NCBI GenBank assembly: GCA_040285825.1
Contig: JAUPSS010000007.1
Coordinates: 2,764,689-2,828,688, forward strand
Direction of reading: 5' to 3'
Source: Eukaryota sp. TZLM1-RC
Lineage: Eukaryota; Protista; Metamonada: BaSk clade
Length of the DNA stretch: 64,000 nucleotides
Under the pieces are notes generated by a model. That model worked only from the letters and a program-made list of their open reading frames with translations. It was not told where the DNA came from and did not search any database. Shown piece after piece: positions 22,544 to 35,090 of the stretch (its first letter is position 1; every line of letters starts with the position of its first letter). The position numbers and the translations under genes are program-made.

Positions 22544-23725
22544 ATGACCTTTGCCTTCTCCCAACAGGAACTTTGTCGACGTTCTGTCAATTCTGTCAAG
22601 TATAGTTTGGGTGCTGACCACAAACCTTTGCACCCAGATGACATCCCAATGTGGGTCGCTGACTGTGATTACGCTACCCCTCAATGCGTAATTGAAGCCA
22701 TTCAAAAGCGTTTGTCTCATCCCATACTTGGTTATGATCTTCCCCCTTCAGATTTATTTTCATCATTTTGCACGTGGGCTGGCAAGCATTATGATGGTGG
22801 ACATCTCTACACTCCCGAACTCTGCAGTACTTGTCCTTCAGTGGTTGTCGCATTCACTCAATGCATACAAGCCTTCTCTGTTGGCAATGTTACTATTTCT
22901 GTTCCTTGTTATCCACCATTCATGAATCAACCAAAGAAACTGGGCAGAAAGGTTTTGCTCAATCAATTAGTCCCTTCAAATGAATCAATTTTTAAAATTG
23001 ATTTTGATAATTTAGAATCCTCATTTAAAAATTCCGATTGTTATCTCCTGTGCAATCCAATGAATCCTTCAGGCGAATCCTTCAATAGAGCTGAGCTTGA
23101 CAAAATTGCCGAATTGGCTGCTAAATATGACGTCTTTGTTATTTCAGATGAAATTCATGCTGATCTGCGGCTGGATACGAGCATCAAACATCAAACATTT
23201 GCCCCAAGTGCACAAAAGCATGGTTGTCGTGCAGCCGTATGCTTTGCTCCAAGTAAAACATTCAATATGGCTGGTATGGTTACCAGCATTGTGGCCTTTT
23301 TAGACCACGAATCAAAACAAAGATTTGGCAACCAATTGTCCAGGACAGGTATTCACGGGATTAATTGTTTGGGTGGTGTTGCTGCCAGGGCTGCATATTT
23401 AGAAGGTGAGCCATGGTTGGAGGAGACGTTGGTCTTGTTGAGGGGAAATGTAGAGTTGGTAGAGGAGAGGTTGAGTGGATTTGAAAATTTCATCAAGGTC
23501 TATAGACCAAAATTTGGGTTTTTGATCTGGTTGGATTGCTCAGGAATAGGTGATACTCAAGAGATTAACCAGTTCTTTAAGGGTGCGCATGTCATTCCTT
23601 GTTCGGCTGGCTATTTCTTTGACGGAAGTGAACATTGCGTAAGACTGAATGTTGGGTGTAGAAGAGAAGTTGTTGTGGAGGCTTTGGATAGAATAATGAA
23701 TGGATTGAAAGAATTGAGTAAATAA
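22544..23725 (+). CDS. PatB/MalY-family PLP-dependent C-S lyase (cystathionine beta-lyase-like)
   Basis: RR..NSVKY, IPMWVADCDY, HPILGY, LLCNPMNPSG, VISDEIHADL, APSKTFNMAG (PLP lysine), VRLNVGC. Confidence 0.9.
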   Translation: MTFAFSQQELCRRSVNSVKYSLGADHKPLHPDDIPMWVADCDYATPQCVIEAIQKRLSHPILGYDLPPSDLFSSFCTWAGKHYDGGHLYTPELCSTCPSVVVAFTQCIQAFSVGNVTISVPCYPPFMNQPKKLGRKVLLNQLVPSNESIFKIDFDNLESSFKNSDCYLLCNPMNPSGESFNRAELDKIAELAAKYDVFVISDEIHADLRLDTSIKHQTFAPSAQKHGCRAAVCFAPSKTFNMAGMVTSIVAFLDHESKQRFGNQLSRTGIHGINCLGGVAARAAYLEGEPWLEETLVLLRGNVELVEERLSGFENFIKVYRPKFGFLIWLDCSGIGDTQEINQFFKGAHVIPCSAGYFFDGSEHCVRLNVGCRREVVVEALDRIMNGLKELSK

Positions 23726-24120
23726 TTAAATAATTAAATAATTTTAAAAATATATATTTTAAAATGTATTTCATTCTTAGAACTGTGGTATAGTTACTAA
23801 CCTTAGCATTTTTGCAGGGTTACATGTTTTGTCAATTATTAAATAAATTATTCATCATGTCGTTGTTGCTCTTTTCCTGAGTGAAAATTAATGTCTCAAT
23901 AATTGAAGAAGACGAAAAAAAGGAGCAGTTAATGAACCAAATCCAACAACAAAAATGAATAAAAAAATAAAAGAAAATGTTTTCAAATCAATATTTTTGA
24001 GTGAGATTTCGAAAATTAAAGTTAATTCATGGTTCGTAATCATACCCCTGATTTGAAGCAATATTTAATTGAGGAAAACAAAAACAAATTCTAAAAAAAT
24101 AATATAACAATATACTTTAC

Positions 24121-24774
24121 TTACCAAAATAATAAAACAAAAACACCAATTAAAAGCAATAAAATTAAACAATACAGACACTTACTCTTAGAATTCTTGG
24201 CTAATCGTTGTAGCCTAGAATCCGTCCTGTTAACATTATCAGCAGTCGTCCCGACACGATGGGTAATATCATCAATCAAAACCTCTTGCTCATCAAGCTC
24301 ATCTTTGATGGCAATTCCTACTTCATGGGTGGATCTCACAGCCTTGGCTAAGGTATCTATATCTTTATCGAAGGTGCGGAGTTTGTCTTGTTGAGATTGG
24401 AGTAGGTCTTGGTTACTTCGTCCAGTAGTGTCTTCTGTTTCGGTGACGGGTCCTCTTTTGGGTGCTTCAGGAGTGACATCAAGTTTGGACTGGAGATCGT
24501 TCATTCTGCGTTTAAGAGTGCCCACTTTATCTTGACGTTTGTTGATTTCTGCTTGGGACAGTTGGAACTGTTCTGGATCAGCTTCAAATGTACGAAGTCG
24601 GGCTTCTAAATACTGGAGATCTTGAGAAAGATGATGAAGATTTCGACGAATAGTGAGTTGTATCCGCGATGGAGGAGCTCCTTCACTTCGTATAAACTGA
24701 TCTCGTTCATTGAGATCAGATGCTATCTGATTAGCAAGGTTTTTAGCATTTTCAAGGCGCTCCGTCCAAGACAT
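24121..24774 (-). CDS. Qc-SNARE, syntaxin-8/SYP5 or syntaxin-6-like
   Basis: N-terminal helical bundle, SNARE motif (AIKDELDEQEVLIDDI) and C-terminal transmembrane helix (CLYCLILLLLIGVFVLLFW). Confidence 0.88.
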   Translation of the reverse strand: MSWTERLENAKNLANQIASDLNERDQFIRSEGAPPSRIQLTIRRNLHHLSQDLQYLEARLRTFEADPEQFQLSQAEINKRQDKVGTLKRRMNDLQSKLDVTPEAPKRGPVTETEDTTGRSNQDLLQSQQDKLRTFDKDIDTLAKAVRSTHEVGIAIKDELDEQEVLIDDITHRVGTTADNVNRTDSRLQRLAKNSKSKCLYCLILLLLIGVFVLLFW

Positions 24775-25666
24775 CTGGAGACGTGAAAGTTGAGATGAGT
24801 TCGCAATGGATTTTTATAAAACCATTTTATCTGACTGATTTGAATCTTCCGAATTGACAGAATTCTTAATTAAACAAGGTGATTTGTAAAGATTTGCAAA
24901 TAGAAATAACATTTTTTAAATCTAGTTAATTTATTCCACCGAGAAACTAAACAAATCTAAAATTCTAAATTTTTCTTTTCCTAATCAGCCAAAATAATTT
25001 GATTTGTAAATGTGGATTTTGAATGTGGAAATTGATTCTAATCATATATTTCGATCTACAAATCCTCTCGTCACTAGACCTTTGGCTCAGAAGTTTAATG
25101 AATTACGTGCAAAAGTTCTGTCTCAATTACTGGGTTGTAAAATGTTCCAAATTCCAGATCATGCTTACCTTAGTCCACATAATGGCGGTTTAGGGTGGAC
25201 GAAGGCTTCTATTCTTACCTCGTGTGCTTTTGTTGGAGGATGCAGAAATGCAATCTTTGAGTTTTCCGAAAGATTTGCAGATTGGGAAGATTTATTGATG
25301 ACAACGCAAAGTTCCACTGTTTTTGCATTAAATGAAGAAATTTCAAGAATTGATGTAGAAAAATGGGGTCGATGTTTTCCCCAATCATTCAATGGCAATA
25401 TTCCAGAAAACAATGTTTTAAATTTGAAGTACATTCTTCGAACATTACAGAAACGATTGACTGGAATGTATGAAAAAGATCTTTATGATAATATATGCAG
25501 CTTGGCTGTTTCAAATCAAGATGATGGTCTATGGCTAGGGTTATCGTGTGACATAGCTTGTGTAAATGTAAAGTAATTTATTACGAAGAGGAATTGTATT
25601 CACTCTTCTTAAGCTAACAGGCGGAATACTAATAACTAAACTATTAACTATAAATACTATTCAAGA

Positions 25667-28600
25667 CTAACACTGCCTTTTCCTCTCTTTCGAGCGACGA
25701 GCCCTGGAAGCTCTGGTCACAGGAGGTGAACTAATAGAAATATGACGCTTCTTGGGAGGAGCGGGTTTAGTACGGCGACGTGCTTTGGAAGTCTTGATAA
25801 AGTCTTTATACGCGGCAGTATTTTGGACTGTAGACACATGCTCAGTGGTGATCTCTTTTCCTGGCCATTGCACTTGGCAAAAGTCACCTTCCTGACTGAG
25901 CACTTTTTCAATGATGTGTTCTTCGACATCACCTGCAGCGACCCAGGAGTGGAACTCATCGTTGGTGGGCAAGCTGGAGTGCCAGGGAGCTCAGTGTTTG
26001 ACGCTAGCTTGGACAATCGTACCTGTGCAGAGATTCTTAATATTCACAGACGAATTGGATACGATTTCAGTAATTAGGAAGGGTCCTAAATAGTCTCCAT
26101 GAAGCTTAGCGGAAGAGCCAGATGCTCTCAATACCAATTGACCAACTTCAAAAGGGTTTGGAGTTGACGATCTAGCTAGCTTGGAAGCTTTGGAAGCTTG
26201 ATGATGTGCTGCCTTTTCTTGTTTCTCTTTCAATCTTCGAAATTTAGATTGAATTTCTTGAATAAAAAGATGACTCAGACGTCGAGCTTTCAATGATTTC
26301 AAGAATTTTGCCAGGGTCAGATCTGGGAGACACATCAGAGCCAAAGATCACTTGGTATGGAGTGTGGTTGGTTATTGAGCTCTTGGAAGAGTTGATCAAT
26401 AATTGCACATAAGGCAAGTATTCAGACCACACATCGTAGGCATTGAAGTCTACGAGCAATTTCCGTAGGTTTTGCAGGATGTCTCTGTGTCGGCGCTCTA
26501 CCAGGCCGTTGGACTGAGAAAACCTAGGTATTGACTTTGACACCTCTATGCCCAAAAATTTGCTTAATTCGTCAAAGACAGCCTTGGAAAATTCGGGTCC
26601 ATTATCGCTGTGGATTTGAAATGGAATACCAAAGATGGCACAGACTTTCCAAATTAATGCATCTGCAGTAAGATTGGCATTTATCTCTTTTAAAGGCACG
26701 ATGATCGTGAACCTAGAGAAGCTGTCGATAAATACGAGGATGTATTTGTAGCCTTCTTGATCTTCTGGAAGAGGACCAATGACGTCGGCGTTGACGCGAG
26801 CAAAAGGTCTGTCAGCCCACAATGAACCGGTTGGGGGAACATGCAGTTTGGGAACTGGCTTTGTTTTCTGACAGGAGGGGCATTCTTGGACGTGCTTATT
26901 CATGTCGGTGAGCATGTTTGGCCACCAATAATCGCTGTTCCTGAGCTTGTTCAGGCTTTCAGCTTTGCTTGGATGACCTCCTTGCAGAAGTCCATGCAAC
27001 AGGTTAAGGGTGTCCTTAATGAGTGATTTGGGAATCACTATCTTGTTGTCGTGAGTCATATATAAATCAAGATGATTGTTATGAACACAGTTGTTGAAAG
27101 AGGGGTCTTTGGAAGCTATGGCAAGCTTCTGTTCGGACCTAATCCTACAGAGCCATGGCTCGAAGATAGGCAGGTCGTTGGAACATCGTTCTCTGATGAC
27201 CATGATACGTTCGAAGTTGTTTAGGTCTTCGATGTAGTATCTTTCATTTTCTGTTCCATCAATTTTATCAATGTAAAATATTGGATGAAAATTTGGAGGC
27301 ATTTGATGGGACAAATGATTGATCTCTTGATGGTCTATAGGTGGAACTATTCGAGACAACATATCAGCCCAGAAGTTATCTTCCCCTTTGGTATGTACCA
27401 AGTCAAAGCAGAATTCAGAGAATATGGGTAACCATCTTGTTACAATTCTGTTCTTCTCAGGAGCCGTGAACATGTAGGTAAGGTTTTGATGGTCTGTGAA
27501 TATGACCAGTTTCCTTCCTTTTAAGTAGTTTTCAAAACCACTTTGAGTTAACATGAGTAGGATAGCGTAGAGTTCCTTTTGGTTAGTCGGCCAGTTCTTT
27601 TTGCGAGTTGGTTAACAACCGGCTGAAGAAGCTGATAGGCCTACATTTCCTATTGATCAGGGGGTACCGGGGTCGTCGACTTGTTCGATTTGTTCCCATA
27701 TGACGCCGCCTACAGCAATGTCGGATGCATCGCAACTAATTAAAATTTGGTTTTCCTGCGGAGGTAAGCTGAGCGGCATGTGTTTCGCTATCAGTTGTTT
27801 GATCTTTCGAAGGAGTCCATCGTGCATGTCGGTCCATTGAAGGCGTTGCGCGCGGGGTTTGGGTTTAACGTTGGAGTTAGTTCCATCCTTCTTAGTCAAT
27901 CTGATGATAGGAGCGATGAGCTCAGATACCTGAGGAAGCCATTCTCTAATGAAGTTGACTGATCCTACGAGGCTGCGGACGTCTTTGATTGTCTTTGGTC
28001 TAGGTAGATTCAGCAAAGATTCAACGCGAGTGGGATCGATAGTCCGTTGCTTGTTTTGGAAAACACTGCCCAGTATCTTGATTGGGTGTCTGGAAGACAC
28101 GAAATGGCACTTTGGAAGTCCCAAGGAAACTCTTTTGCATCTGGCTTGATCAAGGACGCGACGGAGGCGTTCAATGAATTCGTCAAAGGTTGAACCTATG
28201 ATTATGATGTCATCTATGTAAATGAAGACACCGTCTCCAGAGAAGATGTCAGCCATGACGTTTTGGAAAACGGCTGGGACATTCTTTAGGCCAAAAAGCT
28301 GCACGTTTGAACATGATACTTTTGCCAGGAATGCTCAGGGCTGTTTTCTGCCAATCCTTTTCAGCAATCTTGAGTTGCCAGAAGGCTTTGGGGAGGTCAA
28401 GGGTGCCTATGTAGTTCGCTTGGGAGAGAAATACCAGCACGTCGGAGATCCTTGGAAGGTTGGGCTCAACAGGAATGGTGTTGGCGTTGACTCCGTCCTT
28501 GCCACTATAATCACCAGTAAGGCGGGGCTTGCGGTGATCTGGGTAGACCACTAGACAGACAGGGGAGCTGAACTCATGGTTCGATGGGACAGCAAATCCT

Positions 28601-29461
28601 GAGTCTACGAGTTCGTCGAAAATTTGGTTAGCGACCTCTAACCTGGCTGGATTCAGGGTCCTGGGGGGTCTTCTAACTCTGACGTCTTCGTTGTAGAAGT
28701 TGATTTCCATGGGAGGGCAATCAATACCTTCAGCATGAGGCTTGAGGGTAAATACGTCTTCGAACTCTTTCAAGGTATGAAGTAGGGACTTCTTGAAATG
28801 GTCGTTGTCGAGGTTGATGGTACAACCAGATGAGTTGATGTGTTCCAACCAACGTGTGGAAACGTTGACGACTTCTGAAGCTTGCGATATTCGATGGTCG
28901 AATTCGGCTTCAGGTAATAGTAATGTGCGACAGGCGTCGTCCATTCTAATATAAATGCCCTTGTTGTTCATCAGCCCAAGGTGACTCAACAAGTCAGCAC
29001 CAATGAGAATGGTCTCATGTCCAGGAACGATGCTGAACTTGTGTTTCACGTGTACAATCTGGGAAACACTGCCTAGTCTAATGCTAAGGGTTCCAGAAGC
29101 AGTACCAAGGGACTGTGAGGTAGATCCATCAGCAATCTTGTATGATATGGTTTCGTTGGAACGTGCCATGTTACAATTACTGATGACGTCTTCTGTGACT
29201 ACTGAGCATGTTGCACCGGAGTCAATTATGCCTTTAACTTCGACATTGTTGATCAAGAAGTTTAATTGTAGGCAGTTGGTTGTGGACTTTATGGATTGTA
29301 CCATAAATATTGTATCGGAATCATATTCAGCTTGTTCTGAGAAGAAATTAGCTTGAATGTTATGCGTCTTGGTATGTTCCAAGTTGGCCAAAGGATTGAT
29401 TAGGGAATCTTTCCATGTTGTGTTTTCTGTGTGGGAATGTGTTGTAGTTGTAGGGGTATGG
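25667..29461 (-). CDS. pol: Gypsy Pol polyprotein (several frameshifts in this sequence)
   Basis: Protease IIDSGATCS; RT LDLPKAFWQ, FGLKN.PAVFQ, YIDD; RNase H CDASDIAVGG, FTDHQNL; integrase H..H/CPSC with D-D-E (ADVIGP, SDNGPEF, NGLVER); GPF motif YLGPFLI; chromodomain-like IIEKVL...CQVQWPG. Confidence 0.92.
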
Positions 29462-32400
29462 TTTCAAAACAGTGTAAATAGTGACGGGAACGTTTATTAT
29501 ATGATGAAGAGCCCTTGCCTCTGCCGCGAGTGCCTCTTCGGCTACGGAAACCAGAACCTCTAGAACCTCTGCCTCGAGCTTTGTGTTGAGCTTGTTGCTC
29601 TCTCCACTTTTTGCTTCTTTGGCAGTCCTCACTAGGGCACCTTTCAGTCGGATGACCCATTTGTTTACAGAAATTGCATTGGACGTTGACATCAGACTGA
29701 GTGGAAGACGGTTGAGTAGAGCTTCCTTCTCGTCGTTGTTGTTTTGGGCGCCTGCCAGAGCTGGAACCTCTTGTTTTGGGGATAGCAGGGGGAGAAGGTA
29801 CCGTCTGTCTGCGACGGTTCTCAGTCTGGAACGAGATTCTATTTTGATACAAGAAGTCCACGTGATTGATCTGCTCCTTAAAAGATCTAGCATTACAAAA
29901 GTTTTCGTACTCTATTTGGAGAACACTGAAAAATTCACCTAGGGTGTGGCCATCTGAGTAGTAATGGGAGGGGTTGGACCAGATCCTGAGGAGTCTGTCC
30001 CTGATGATGGTAATACCGATGCTTTCAATGACGTGAGAAGCAATTTCCCATTCGGGGAGTCGGTCTACGGGGTTTCCGTGGATGGTGATGTTTCTCATTT
30101 GATGAGTCAGGCCACGAACGTCTTGGATAGCGGTGGAACGCGTTAAGACTCTGCCTATGTTAAGCATGAAGTCTATCCATCTGTTACCATAATCTCTCTC
30201 AGACCAATCCATGTTAACTGCATGTAGAGCGTCCAGAGCTTGATCCAGTCTACTGAATTGGGTTCTCCTTAGGATCTGTTCCCAAATGTTGCGTTCATCT
30301 CTGCTGGTTGGGACCATCGCAGAGGAAATTGAAAGGCCAGTGCCTTGATACCTTAAAGCGTTGAGAGCTTCAGGTGTAACGCATTCAGCTAAACCTCTGG
30401 GACTGATGCGCATGGCGGATCGGAAGAGATCCCATTCGTGAACTGGTTCGCTGTCGAACCGTTGGTCAGATGCCAATTCTGCTGATCTGGCTAGTTCGAG
30501 TTCTTCGCGAAGTCTGGCAACTTCGCTGGCCAAAGCAACTTGAGCAGGGTCTTCGATATTACCTCGAGCCTCATCGACTATTCTGTCGGTGCGACTCCAG
30601 AGAATGAATTTGTTAACAAACTTTAGGAGTTTATCAACATCTCTTAAGTCAGAAGCATCGAGAGTTGGACGTTTGGGACGGTCCCTACGTCTATTATCCC
30701 TGTCTCTTGATCCCACCATGGAAGATAGGAGAAGGTTGCTGTCGTAAGTACCCGAAAATGTAGAACGAGAAGAACTTACTGTGGATGGTGTTGGTTGAAC
30801 CGGGGGCTGAGAACTTGTAGAACTAGTGGAAAGGAGTGTGGGTGGAACCACTGATTGTTCCATTGGCTGTGCAGGTACTGGAGTGTGTTCCATGGGTGTT
30901 AACACAGTTGGAATAGAGTCAGGAGTTGGAGACTCATCACTGACTTCCACTACAACGTCCTCTTCAGTTTGTTCCATGGGAGGATTATGCGAGGGTTGTG
31001 TGGGGGGTTCTGTAGAAGTTTCCATAGGTTGTTCAACGGAGGATGGAACTTCGTTTTGGTGAGGTTCAGGGGAAGGTTCAGTTTCTTCAATCTGGGCAGG
31101 AACCTGATATGAAGAGATCGCTGGTTGTACCAAGCGATGTCTTTTCTATGCGACCTTCTACCATGACCCATTTCAACATCCTGGATTCTATGCATCCAGG
31201 GAAAACTGTGACAAGCTGGAGAGCTCTTTGAAGATTGCCTGATCTTCTGTGGTCAGGCCCACAATATGAAGCTATATGGTCAGGACGTCTGTCGTAAAGA
31301 AAGAGTCTTTCACCATATGTGGTTTCAGTAAACCACCACCCTGTTCTATAATCTCTGTCGATGAGGATATCGAGAGATGCGTTGTACCCAGGGCTGAACC
31401 TAGGGTATGGGCAAGGGTTGTGAACATTTATGAAGAGGTTGTCTTCATCTCCAGCGAAGCGTCTGAATACTCCTTCTCGAGTAGTTCTCATGAACCTAAC
31501 TCCGGGTCTTGGTTCATAAGTTGGTTCAGGGTCATTCCTGGAGGTTTCTGGGGTGATCCTTTCATCGGAAAGAAATGGACCAATTCTGGGAGAGATCCAT
31601 AATCCTAAGTCGTTCTCGACTTTTGGACCGTAGAAAGGAGGCCGTTTGTTGCTCATCTCCGTGGGAGGGATGGCTTCTGGATCCCCTGGAATGACTCGTG
31701 TGTCCCTATATCTAGCATAAGGGTTGTGCTGACGGGAAGCACCATGATTGACACTTGAGCTAGCGTAGGAGCTAGTTTGAGAAGGGGTAAGTTGAGCAGG
31801 TGTAGAGGATGTTCCTCTTCTAGCTTCAATCTCTCTGTCCAATCTTTTTCTGTGTTCCCAGTTTCGTTCTTCTTGGAGAAAACGCTCTATATATTCTTTA
31901 GAGACCTCACCAGGAATTTTGTCAATTTCAGAAGAAGGTGCCGTGGGAGGGACCTGATGTTGAGGTAGAGGGGAGAATTCCTTGGGAGGTTCCTCGTACT
32001 CAACCAAATCTGAAAAGATTTGTTCGTACCTTTTCCTTTGCTCTTCGGAAAGATACGAAGGAAGGTTCGAAAAGCTAGGAATGGAATCACTAGCCTGATG
32101 AGGGGAAACAGATAGATTATTAACTCCACTAACTGTTGAAGTCAGAGGAGATCCTGAAGCTGGAACAGCAGGATTTTGAATGTTCCTCCTAACAGTTGGG
32201 ACTGGAGGGAGGAGCTGTTGAGAATGAGAGGGTGGAACCTCAGAACTAGATGAAAGGGATGAAGATGGTACTTCAATGGCCTTTGTAGAGGAGGAAGAGG
32301 GTTGATCTTCTAATCCTTCCTTTGACGCGAGAGAAGGTTGAACAGTCTCTCTGTTCTGAGTAGAAGGTGAAGGTGGTACTTCAGAACTTCTTTCAGGGAG

Positions 32401-32808
32401 GGGAGAAGGTGGGACTTCAGACGCCCTTAAATGTGAAGGAGGAAGAGGAGCAACGGAATCCTCAACATCTTCATCGTCGTAGGAGACTAATGAAGGGCTT
32501 CTTCCTTCCGAAGGAATAGAATCCTTGGGAGGGTTGTCTCCTTCTACAGGAACGGAATCCCGAGGAGAGGAACTTCCTTCCATGGGAACGGAATCCTCAG
32601 GAAGGGAACTATCTTCCTTTGGGGTAGAACCCTCGGGAAGAGTTGCTTCAGGAAGCGCAGAAGCTTCAACCGAAGAAGGAGGCACGGAAGCAGAGTCTGT
32701 GGTTAGTGGTGAGGAAGAGGGACCAGTCTCTTCCTCAAGGATCCTACGCTGAGCCGGGGACGACCCAATACGTATTGATGGTCTATGGCTAGGGTTATCG
32801 TGTGACAT
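29400..32808 (-). CDS. gag: Gypsy Gag with very long Ser/Pro/Glu-rich N-terminal extension (ORFs 31087..32808 and 29400..31133)
   Basis: CCHC knuckle CNFCKQMGHPTERC followed by an RG-rich tail. The two ORFs overlap by 47 nt next to an A4 run near 31142-31145. The ATG at 32808 lies inside the 5' LTR. Confidence 0.8.
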
Positions 32809-33819
32809 AGCTTGTGTAAATGTAAAGTAATTTATTACGAAGAGGAATTGTATTCACTCTTCTTAAGCTAACAGGCGGAATACTAATAACTAAACTATTA
32901 ACTATAAATACTATTCAAGACTAACAAAGATCTTCACTCATTGTTATTGGAAAAGGGTGTTTGTGAAAACAAGTCATCAGATTCTTCACTTTTTGTAACC
33001 ATTGTACCACGAAGATTTGGATTGTGTGCCACTAGTGAAGCATTTGTAACAAAAATGAGATTATATTTGAATATCCCCATTAATCAATTATTATCAAAAG
33101 AAAAATGTATTTGTTCGAATTCACCTCAACTCACTTTGCACCATGCTCTGAATTGCTCTAAATTGATAACTTATCGTTATTCATTACACGATGCTGTTAG
33201 AGACACTGTTTTCAATATGGCACAAACTGCAAGAAAATCGTGTATCAAAGAGCCCCTGCTGAAAGAAACACTTTCTCTGAATAATTTTGGTTCTGATGAT
33301 AGAGGTGATGTATACTTTGATTGGATTGATAATTCTGAAGCTATTGTTGACTTTGTCTCATGTAATGTTGCAAATGATATGTTGGTTCACAGAAGAAAAC
33401 TTAATCCTGTGGCTGCTCTGGATTTTAAAGCAAAAAGAGAAACACAGAAAATATGATAAATATATTGAAGAGGCTAATGTCAATAGAAATACACAGCTGG
33501 TTTTTATTGCTTTCCCATTTTCGATAAATGGAAGATTATCAGTTGAAGCAGAAACTGTTTTGAATGACTTCCAAAAAATGGTGAAAGAAAAAACAATGAA
33601 AAGATTTGATATTTTTTTATGGCGTTCACGGATTCAATTTGCATAATTAATAGATCACCACGGTTTTTCAATCGAATAAGAGAAGCTTTAGCTAGACAGC
33701 AAGCAGATCAAGATTTTGTAGAGGAAATCTTGGTTCAATGATAGTCGTCCCATTAGTTATGAGTTAATTTAATTAAGTGTGCAAATACAATAAACAAATT
33801 GAGAAAAATGTGGATCAAA

Positions 33820-35090
33820 AATCTCTCCTAATCATCTATTCAATTGTAAACATTTTATTACTTTCCGATCAAAAGTTTGTGATGCAGTAAGAGATCAACT
33901 CTATTGCATGTCAAAATCACATAGAAGTGTTTCCTATTTAGCACCATTACACTCTCGTTTGGTTGATGAAGATACTATTCTTTTGGTCGAAATAGGGTGA
34001 TTTAATGCTTGAAGGTCTTGAAGGCACTACTATTGTTACGGATGTGAGATCCACAGATGTGTGTAATGATTCTTTTAAACCAATGGCTCAATACAAATAT
34101 AGGGACCCCTTAACTGTTTCCGAAAAAGCCAAAATTGACAAATACAAAGCAAAATTGTTATCCTTGAATGCAGAACCGCATCCTCTGTCCATTTGCAGTT
34201 TTCCTTCATGGCACGCTGGGACCTCTTGCTTTGTCTTTTCAGGATGATTTTGTTGAAATTGTGAAACAACGTACTGGAAGAGTTTTTGACAAGAGTTTTT
34301 GGCAAAACAGATTTGTATTTTCAATTTTCAAAGGTGTTGTTCCCTTATTATCTTCAGCTTTGTTATCTCTTGGACGCGTTTATGAAAGAAAAACCTTCAG
34401 TCAATTCTTCTTGGCTGATTTGGATTATGAAGACATGGAATTTTAACCTTGTCGTATAGTTTGCTTTTTTATTGAAATAAATAATAAATAAATCACATCT
34501 GTGATAATAATAGTACCTTCAAGAACTTCAAGCATTAAATAACCTCTATTACGACCAAAAAATTCAAAATATCTTCATCAACCAAACGAGAGAGTATTGG
34601 TTCTGAATAGAAGACAATTCTGTGTGACTTTGACATACGATAGAGTTGATCCCTAACTGCATCATCAACATTTGATCGGAAAAAATAAAGTGTTTACAAT
34701 TAAAAAAGCTGATTTGGAGAAATTCTTGATTCACATTTACAAATCAAATTATGAGGCACATCATCAGCCCAAAGAAACCCGAAAGTCGCACTGTACAAAG
34801 AAATGTGGTATGATCTAAAAGAAGACCATGAATTTGAGGAATCTGAGTAATTAAACACGAAGAGGAACTGTTTTCAGTGTCTAACAAAAAATTTGCGAAA
34901 AAAGGATGATCTTTTTTGGCTGAGCCAAGACGAATACTAAAATCCAAGCCTTCGAAAATTATTGATATTTTTTGTTGCAGTTAGTTAACACAATACCTCA
35001 AATTTACTAGTGTTCTAGGTGGTATTTCTTATACATTATCGTAAAGCATTTGTAAAACAACATTTTGGTTCTAACAGATTTGGCAAATTC
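33820..35090. mobile_element. two converging decayed family B non-LTR fragments (~33820-34490 +, ~34500-35090 -)
   Basis: Plus: HLFNCKHF...DAVRDQL, RGDLMLE, DVRSTD, KIDKY, FLADLDYEDMEF*. Minus: DFSIRLGSAKK...ITQIPQIHG, matching 52000-52464. Confidence 0.75.

Larger units (their letters stand above)
25522..32926 (-). mobile_element. full-length Ty3/Gypsy LTR retrotransposon with chromodomain-like integrase tail
   Basis: Identical 151-bp LTRs at 25522-25672 and 32776-32926 (TG...CA), 4-bp TSD AAGA, PPT GAAAGAGAGGAAAAGGCAG, domain order gag-PR-RT-RH-IN-CHD. Confidence 0.96.
25060..33796 (+). mobile_element. 5'-truncated CRE-like RLE non-LTR retrotransposon (family A), split by the Gypsy insertion (25060-25521 and 32931-33796)
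   Basis: RT-thumb-like LSPHNGGLG, CICSNS...HHALNC finger, LHDAVRD, KEP, RGDV...D...KEKHRKY endonuclease motifs. An uninterrupted paralog lies at 41408-42475. Confidence 0.82.

Noticed and set aside
29003-32752. Numerous plus-strand ORFs inside the Gypsy element, and similar antisense ORFs over other genes
   Set aside because: Shadow frames of GC-richer real coding sequence, with no motifs.
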